The translations under genes were made by a program, and so were the position numbers. Shown piece after piece: positions 8,398 through 12,761 of a DNA stretch of 12,761 nt. Under the pieces are notes generated by a model, which saw nothing but the letters and a program-made list of their open reading frames with translations, was not told where the DNA came from and did no database searches. The stretch is from Candidatus Heimdallarchaeota archaeon (GTDB lineage Archaea > Asgardarchaeota > Heimdallarchaeia > Heimdallarchaeales > Heimdallarchaeaceae), in NCBI GenBank assembly GCA_018238545.1, contig JABCTC010000067.1, positions 1 through 12,761 on the forward strand, given 5' to 3'. Each line of letters begins with the position of its first letter. The first letter of the stretch is position 1.

Positions 8398-9488
8398 TAT
8401 TGCACCTCTATTATCATTTCTTCGTTATATCCTGTAATTACGTGCATATAGCCTACTAAACTCTTATCGACTTCAATATCCCCCGTATCAACTCTTAAGC
8501 ATTCCAAATGGCCAATTTTGTCCATCGTACCTACAACTATTATATTCTCCTTTCCAACAATTTTAAGAATTTTAGGTGTAATCTGTTTACTTCCCCTTCC
8601 AAATATAAATCCATTTCCACCTATTGGAGTAACAATGATCTTTGTTTTTTTGTAAGCATTAATTAACTTTAAAATTCCTTCTTCATTCAAATCTTTTCCA
8701 ATCAACTTTTTATTATAAACTCCATCTACACCTAATAACGTTTTTTTAACACCTATTCTATCTGCAATAGCTTCTAATGTTGTTCCAGGGCCTAAGATAT
8801 AGAGAATATCATCTTCCATTTTTTCAAAAATATGTTTGGCAATTTCAATTTTATATGTTTCAGCTGATTGGGTTACATTAGATGATTCCTTTCCTTTTTG
8901 CAGAAGAGATTTTACCTCAGGTACTTTTAAAAAACCATATAGTTCTGCAGATAATTTGTTGTTTCTGAAAGCTTCTTCATCGATATCTAAAACTTCCCTA
9001 TCAACGAATTTATTGCTAAGCGAGTCTATCATTTCTGCAGCAGCATGAGCAGATAATGCAAAAACTGAACTGAACATTTTAACTCCAGAAGGAATGGCTA
9101 CAACAGCTATTTTCCTGTCTATAGCACTGCATATGTCTCTTGCAGTTCCATCTCCACCAACAAAAATGAGGATATCTATGCCCTTTTTGAGCATCTCTTT
9201 AGCTATTCTTTTTGTATCCTCTGCGTTGGTCTCATTACCTATTTTGCCGACAACCTCATAATTAAAACCGTACCCTTCAAGAAAATCTTCACCCATTATT
9301 TTAGGAGCAACAAGAAAATAAAGATCTCTACGCTTAATAAATGAAAGAACAGTTTCTATTCTTTGTGGAGTAACGGGAATTGCACCTAATTCAATGGCTT
9401 TTTTGTACATCTCTCCATCAGTACCTTTTAATCCAACATTACCGCCCATTCCAGCAATTGGGTTTACTATTAATCCCGCTTTGATCAT
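8394..9488 (-). CDS. ATP-NAD kinase family protein (AcoX/COG3199-type, DAGK/NADK fold)
   Basis: GLIVNPIAGMGG-VGLKGTDG, FVGGDGTARD, IPSGVKMFSSVFA, GPGTT, TPIGGNGFIFGRG, LRVDTGD: the signature blocks of the predicted polyphosphate/ATP-NAD kinase family. Confidence 0.92.
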   Translation of the reverse strand: MIKAGLIVNPIAGMGGNVGLKGTDGEMYKKAIELGAIPVTPQRIETVLSFIKRRDLYFLVAPKIMGEDFLEGYGFNYEVVGKIGNETNAEDTKRIAKEMLKKGIDILIFVGGDGTARDICSAIDRKIAVVAIPSGVKMFSSVFALSAHAAAEMIDSLSNKFVDREVLDIDEEAFRNNKLSAELYGFLKVPEVKSLLQKGKESSNVTQSAETYKIEIAKHIFEKMEDDILYILGPGTTLEAIADRIGVKKTLLGVDGVYNKKLIGKDLNEEGILKLINAYKKTKIIVTPIGGNGFIFGRGSKQITPKILKIVGKENIIVVGTMDKIGHLECLRVDTGDIEVDKSLVGYMHVITGYNEEMIIEVQY

Positions 9489-9499
9489 TGTTAGTCATC

Positions 9500-9520
9500 T
9501 AATAGATATTTTCTCTATTA
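9500..9520. promoter_or_regulatory. 7-7-7 inverted repeat, candidate operator of the kinase-hisC operon
   Basis: TAATAGA(9500-9506)-7 nt-TCTATTA(9514-9520), 11 nt upstream of the kinase ATG. It lies downstream of a GAAAAG-CATATA BRE/TATA-like element (~9541-9552, minus strand). Confidence 0.35.
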
Positions 9521-9860
9521 ATAACATTTGATTACATTGCTATATGCTTTTCTTTCTTATTACACAAAGAAATAAGGTGCGGGTAATGGTTCTAAAAGGT
9601 TTTAATATGAAGGATTTTTTAAGAAATATTTACAAAAGTTATTATCCAATATAATAATTTAAAACTTGTACCTAAGGTTGTACAAAACTTCTTTATGCTT
9701 CTTCCAATCCCAAAAAACATTTGATTTCTTAACTGAAAACTCAAAATATCATATAAACCCGCAAAGTTGATTAATGTGTTTAACTTATTATTTATTTGAT
9801 ACACCAGATGTGAAAAAAATGAAAAAATTAATCACAAACAGGAACTATTCACTATTCGCT

Positions 9861-9868
9861 TTTATAAA
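9861..9868. promoter_or_regulatory. TATA box (palindromic TTTATAAA)
   Basis: Perfect archaeal TATA consensus. On + it would place a TSS near 9891-9895, at the start of the structured island. The box is palindromic and the purine-rich BRE-like flank is on the minus-strand side, so orientation is ambiguous. Confidence 0.4.
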
Positions 9869-9893
9869 ATAATTTTGTCATAAAGTCATATTA

Positions 9894-10045
9894 AAAGTAT
9901 TGGTGATCCGAAAGCCTTGCCTAAACGCACGGTGAACGGGGTAGGAGGATACGTGATGTATCCACTAAGAGTGAGTATAGAGTGTCTTCGCCCTATATCA
10001 TGAGCTCTAAGCACGACATGTACCTAGCTTTGTCTAAGAAGACAA
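9894..10045 (+). ncRNA. Candidate structured ncRNA or leader with a canonical kink-turn, family unknown
   Basis: 9901-10030 has 63/130 G+C (48%) versus 13/60 and 12/60 in flanking 60-mers. It contains hairpin GGAUAC/GUAUCC (9947-9963), a long K-turn hairpin (9965-10011), a 5' stem GCCUU/GGGGU (9914-9942) and a possible closing helix 9894-9905/10021-10031. Confidence 0.65.
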
Positions 10046-10188
10046 GAAGACAAATAAGCATCATTAATTAGGCTTTCCTTATAACAATTTGAAAAAATCT
10101 ATTTGAAATCAAAAAAAAAGAAAGAGTGAAAGACGTTAACTTAGCTTTCTAGACATTTTTGCCTATATTTCGCATACCTATAATTCTC

Positions 10189-10210
10189 TCTGTGATGATG
10201 TCTGTGATGA
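10189..10210 (+). repeat. 10-bp direct repeat TCTGTGATGA x2
   Basis: Copies at 10189-10198 and 10201-10210, at about the point where flavodoxin similarity begins. Confidence 0.6.
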
Positions 10211-10607
10211 CTCTGAGACTATTGAAGATTATAATCTACTAGTTATTGGAACTTGGTCAATGATGTTTAAACTCAGAAGTAAAAGTAAAAGATGGCTAAC
10301 AAAACTTAGTAAAAAGAAAATTAATGGTAAAAAAGTTGCACTCTTTTTCACAAGCGCAGGACCTGAAGAAGTAATCCCTGGTACACAAGAAACTAATCCT
10401 AAATTGATTAAAAAAATGGTATTTGAAACAATGGAGAATATAATCAATCGAGAAAAAAAGGTAAGTACTCTTGATGATCGTTTCTATTGTAAGGGGGCTT
10501 TTCGCATGATGTGTAAGATAATGAATAATGAAGGGCACCCAACAGATGAGGAACTAGAGCAAGCTAGAGCATTTGGAGAAATGTTAAAAGACAAATTTGA
10601 AACATGA
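10203..10607 (+). pseudogene. 5'-truncated flavodoxin-family gene (ORF track 10260-10607)
   Basis: The frame is open upstream of ATG 10260 and reads TIEDYNLLVIGTWS (flavodoxin beta3, DYDLLVIGSPT-like), then INGKKVALFFTSAG and GHPTDEELEQARAFGEML. Beta1 and the FMN-phosphate loop (YxSxxGNT) are absent, and an in-frame TAA lies at 10137-10139 with no ATG/GTG/TTG between it and 10260. Confidence 0.75.
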
Positions 10608-10636
10608 TTTTTATGCAGAAATAATTCATTTTATTT

Positions 10637-10663
10637 AAAAAAATAAAGAAAAAAAAGAAGAGG
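10637..10663 (-). terminator. Oligo-T terminator of the surface protein gene
   Basis: Minus strand reads CTCTTCTTTTTTTTCTTTATTTTTTT just after the stop at 10672. Confidence 0.55.
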
Positions 10664-10671
10664 GTTGTAGA

Positions 10672-12759
10672 TTATTTTCTTCTTCTGAAGAGCAAACCTA
10701 AAACTACTATGATTGGAACAAATAAGATGAGTGATAGGTAGCCAAATTCAGGAACATATATTGGATAATCTAAAGGATTATTTGGATCTGTTCCTTCAGC
10801 TACTTCTTCTCCGTCCGAATACCCGTCGTTGTCAGAATCCCAATCTAATGGATCTGTTCCTTCAGCTATTTCTTCGCTGTACGGAAGTCCATCTCCGTCA
10901 AGATCATAGGTATAAATATTTGTCATATAGTATAAATCATCCATGGTCCAGTGGCTTTGGTATCCCAATGTTCCATTTAATGTGATTCTACTTATCTCTG
11001 AATCTTCAGAGTAAATTTCCACAAATTTGTTTACAGAAGACGGTTCGACGCTCACGTTAAAGATAAGAACATCTTCAGAAGAATAAGCTAAAACATCTAT
11101 ATTATAATCATTAGGTGAACAGATATAGAAACTCGTGTACATGATTGGTATTGTAAAAGTCATATTAGGATTTGATTCATGACTGTAAGCAACGGTGCTT
11201 CCTGAATTAGGCGGATAGAGTGAACTACCTTCAGATTTCCAAGACTCAAATCCTGCTGAGAAAGTTATATGAGGATATACATCCAAGTAACTATCTGGAT
11301 AATCTTCGAAATCTAATAAAAATTCAAAAGTTTCCTTATACTCCTCAAAATACAAAGTATCAATCGACCAGTAATTCTCAAAATCAGTAGCGCCTGAAAT
11401 CGAAATTCGATGAATGAAACCTCCTACGGAATACAATTCTACAAGCTGATTTTTAACACTTGGTTCAACGTCAACAATCTGTATTAGAACATCATCTACA
11501 CTATAAGCTTCTACTTGTATATCATAATCCGCAACGGCACAGACATAAAAACTCACATAGGCTATCGGAATATCAAATGTGATATTGCTTACATGTTCAT
11601 TAGAATACATAACAATATCACCCGACTGTGGTGGGTAATTTGCGTTTGAAGATGAATCCCAAGTTATATAATCTGGAGAAAATGTTACACCAGCATAAAG
11701 ATCCTCTATAAATGTACCTGACGCCAGTTCATCAAATGTTAGTAATTGATTTTCGCCTGGTGTGTATTCAATATGACATAGATCATCCATAATCCAGTAA
11801 CTTTGAAAGTCAGTATCTCCAGTAAAAGTTATATTATGTATCAGGCCTAGAGTTGATTTTAATGTTACGTATTGATGTACAGTATTAGCATAGACATATG
11901 CCTTTTCTAACAAAATTCCACTCTCACTATATGCTAGAACCTGCATATTATAATCTGAACCTATGTTAATATACATTGAAACAGCTTCAACAGGGAAAGA
12001 GAATGTTATATTTGGCATCAGTTCATGAGTATAGACTACATTGCTTCCTGAATGTGGAGGATAGAGAGGGTGAGCAGATGAATCCCAAATTGTGAAACCT
12101 GGAGTGAAAGACAGACCTGCATAGTTGCCATCAACTACAGTGCTATCAGCTAAATCCTCAAAATCTATAAGATTCGGTGTTGGGGAAACAAATTCTATAT
12201 AGCTTAATGTATCCATTGTCCAATGCCAATTGAAATCTACTATCCCACTTGCAGAAATATTATAGATTCTTCCTAAAGGTGAGTTAAATTCAATATACTG
12301 GTTTATCGTATTAGCTGTAATTGATATCTCTTCTATTGCTATATTTTGATTAGTGTATGCAGTGAAAACAAGATTATAATCAGAAACAGCTGTTGAAACA
12401 AATAATCCTACTTTCTGAATAGGTATATCAAAAACAAACCAGTTGTTTACTTCATTACTTACAGCTACATTTTCACCTGATTCTGGTGGATAATATGTAC
12501 TACCAGTAGAGTTCCATATTGAAAATCCAGGCGAAAAATCTAATCCTGGATATGAAGATCCAATTGGATCAGAGTCACCAAGATCTTCAAAATCTATTAC
12601 AGCTTCCCATGGAGCTTGTTTAATCAGTGGTTCATCAGTAGTTAACGAGCTACCTTCTTGTTGCATTGTATCATTTAAGCTGTTTACAGCTGTTTGATTC
12701 AATGAGAAACATAAAATTAGTGTTATAGCCAGCGCTATACTTTGTTTTATTCTTTTCAT
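10672..12759 (-). CDS. Cell-surface protein: signal peptide, four ~142-aa beta-rich repeats, Ca-binding DxDxDG (TSP3-like) motifs and a PEF(G)-CTERM-type sorting signal
   Basis: Signal peptide [19 protein letters not shown]. Repeats start at V54, L197, L339 and L481 (IDFEDL...YxGxxFSPG...YPPxSGxxVxYS...WxMDxL). Then [30 protein letters not shown]-terminus VPEFG-TM-RRRK. Confidence 0.92.
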   Translation of the reverse strand: MKRIKQSIALAITLILCFSLNQTAVNSLNDTMQQEGSSLTTDEPLIKQAPWEAVIDFEDLGDSDPIGSSYPGLDFSPGFSIWNSTGSTYYPPESGENVAVSNEVNNWFVFDIPIQKVGLFVSTAVSDYNLVFTAYTNQNIAIEEISITANTINQYIEFNSPLGRIYNISASGIVDFNWHWTMDTLSYIEFVSPTPNLIDFEDLADSTVVDGNYAGLSFTPGFTIWDSSAHPLYPPHSGSNVVYTHELMPNITFSFPVEAVSMYINIGSDYNMQVLAYSESGILLEKAYVYANTVHQYVTLKSTLGLIHNITFTGDTDFQSYWIMDDLCHIEYTPGENQLLTFDELASGTFIEDLYAGVTFSPDYITWDSSSNANYPPQSGDIVMYSNEHVSNITFDIPIAYVSFYVCAVADYDIQVEAYSVDDVLIQIVDVEPSVKNQLVELYSVGGFIHRISISGATDFENYWSIDTLYFEEYKETFEFLLDFEDYPDSYLDVYPHITFSAGFESWKSEGSSLYPPNSGSTVAYSHESNPNMTFTIPIMYTSFYICSPNDYNIDVLAYSSEDVLIFNVSVEPSSVNKFVEIYSEDSEISRITLNGTLGYQSHWTMDDLYYMTNIYTYDLDGDGLPYSEEIAEGTDPLDWDSDNDGYSDGEEVAEGTDPNNPLDYPIYVPEFGYLSLILFVPIIVVLGLLFRRRK

Positions 12760-12761
12760 TT

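Noticed and set aside
8836-9048. 70-aa plus-strand ORF
   Set aside because: Antisense shadow within the kinase gene.
9586-9804. 61-aa minus ORF (9619-9804) and 22-aa plus ORF (9586-9654, with AGGTG upstream)
   Set aside because: Short, mutually overlapping and without recognisable motifs. They cannot be supported, though the minus ORF lies downstream of the palindromic TATA and is not strictly excluded.
9901-10030. Assigning the RNA island to fluoride, c-di-GMP-I or Moco riboswitch, group II intron domain V, H/ACA guide or SECIS
   Set aside because: Each matches only a few nucleotides and lacks essential elements: no fluoride-binding consensus, no GAAA-capped upstream stem, DV helix too short, wrong ACA spacing, and no apical AA or Sec-UGA gene nearby.
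10192-10242. Box C/D sRNA (GUGAUGA, CUGA at 10213, UGAAGA at 10223)
   Set aside because: No terminal D box (CUAG rather than CUGA), and the sequence is explained by the flavodoxin reading frame.
10229-10538. Two minus-strand ORFs (72 and 80 aa)
   Set aside because: Antisense shadows of the flavodoxin frame.
10731-10985. 84-aa plus-strand ORF
   Set aside because: Antisense to the surface protein; its internal repeat just mirrors the GTDP repeats.
1-12761. CRISPR array, tRNA/rRNA, transposase, reverse transcriptase or DGR
   Set aside because: No regularly spaced repeats, cloverleaf, DDE/RT motifs or TR/VR pair were seen. The repeats present are diverged protein-level repeats.

Overview
An AT-rich (roughly 30% GC by eye), archaeal-type window. 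The protein types suggest an Asgard (Heimdallarchaeia-like) genome, but that is inference only. In order it holds: a secreted parallel beta-helix (NosD-like) protein running off the left edge and missed by the ORF track; a beta-propeller-like protein with a duplicated ~82-aa C-terminal domain; two hypotheticals, one with a Zn-ribbon motif; a class I SAM methyltransferase; a family-4 uracil-DNA glycosylase with a variant motif A and an extra 4-Cys domain; a translationally coupled ATP-NAD-kinase-like/HisC-like pair; a 5'-truncated flavodoxin; and a four-repeat surface protein ending in a VPEFG archaeosortase-type signal. The intergenic spaces contain gene relics (CrtI-like oxidoreductase C-terminus, TetA-like MFS N-terminus, possibly a HAD C-terminus). 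The most striking unexplained element is a ~140-nt, 48% GC structured island at ~9894-10045 within ~20% GC flanks. It folds into several hairpins, one with a canonical kink-turn, and matches no RNA family I can recognise, so it is a candidate novel L7Ae-binding ncRNA or regulatory leader.
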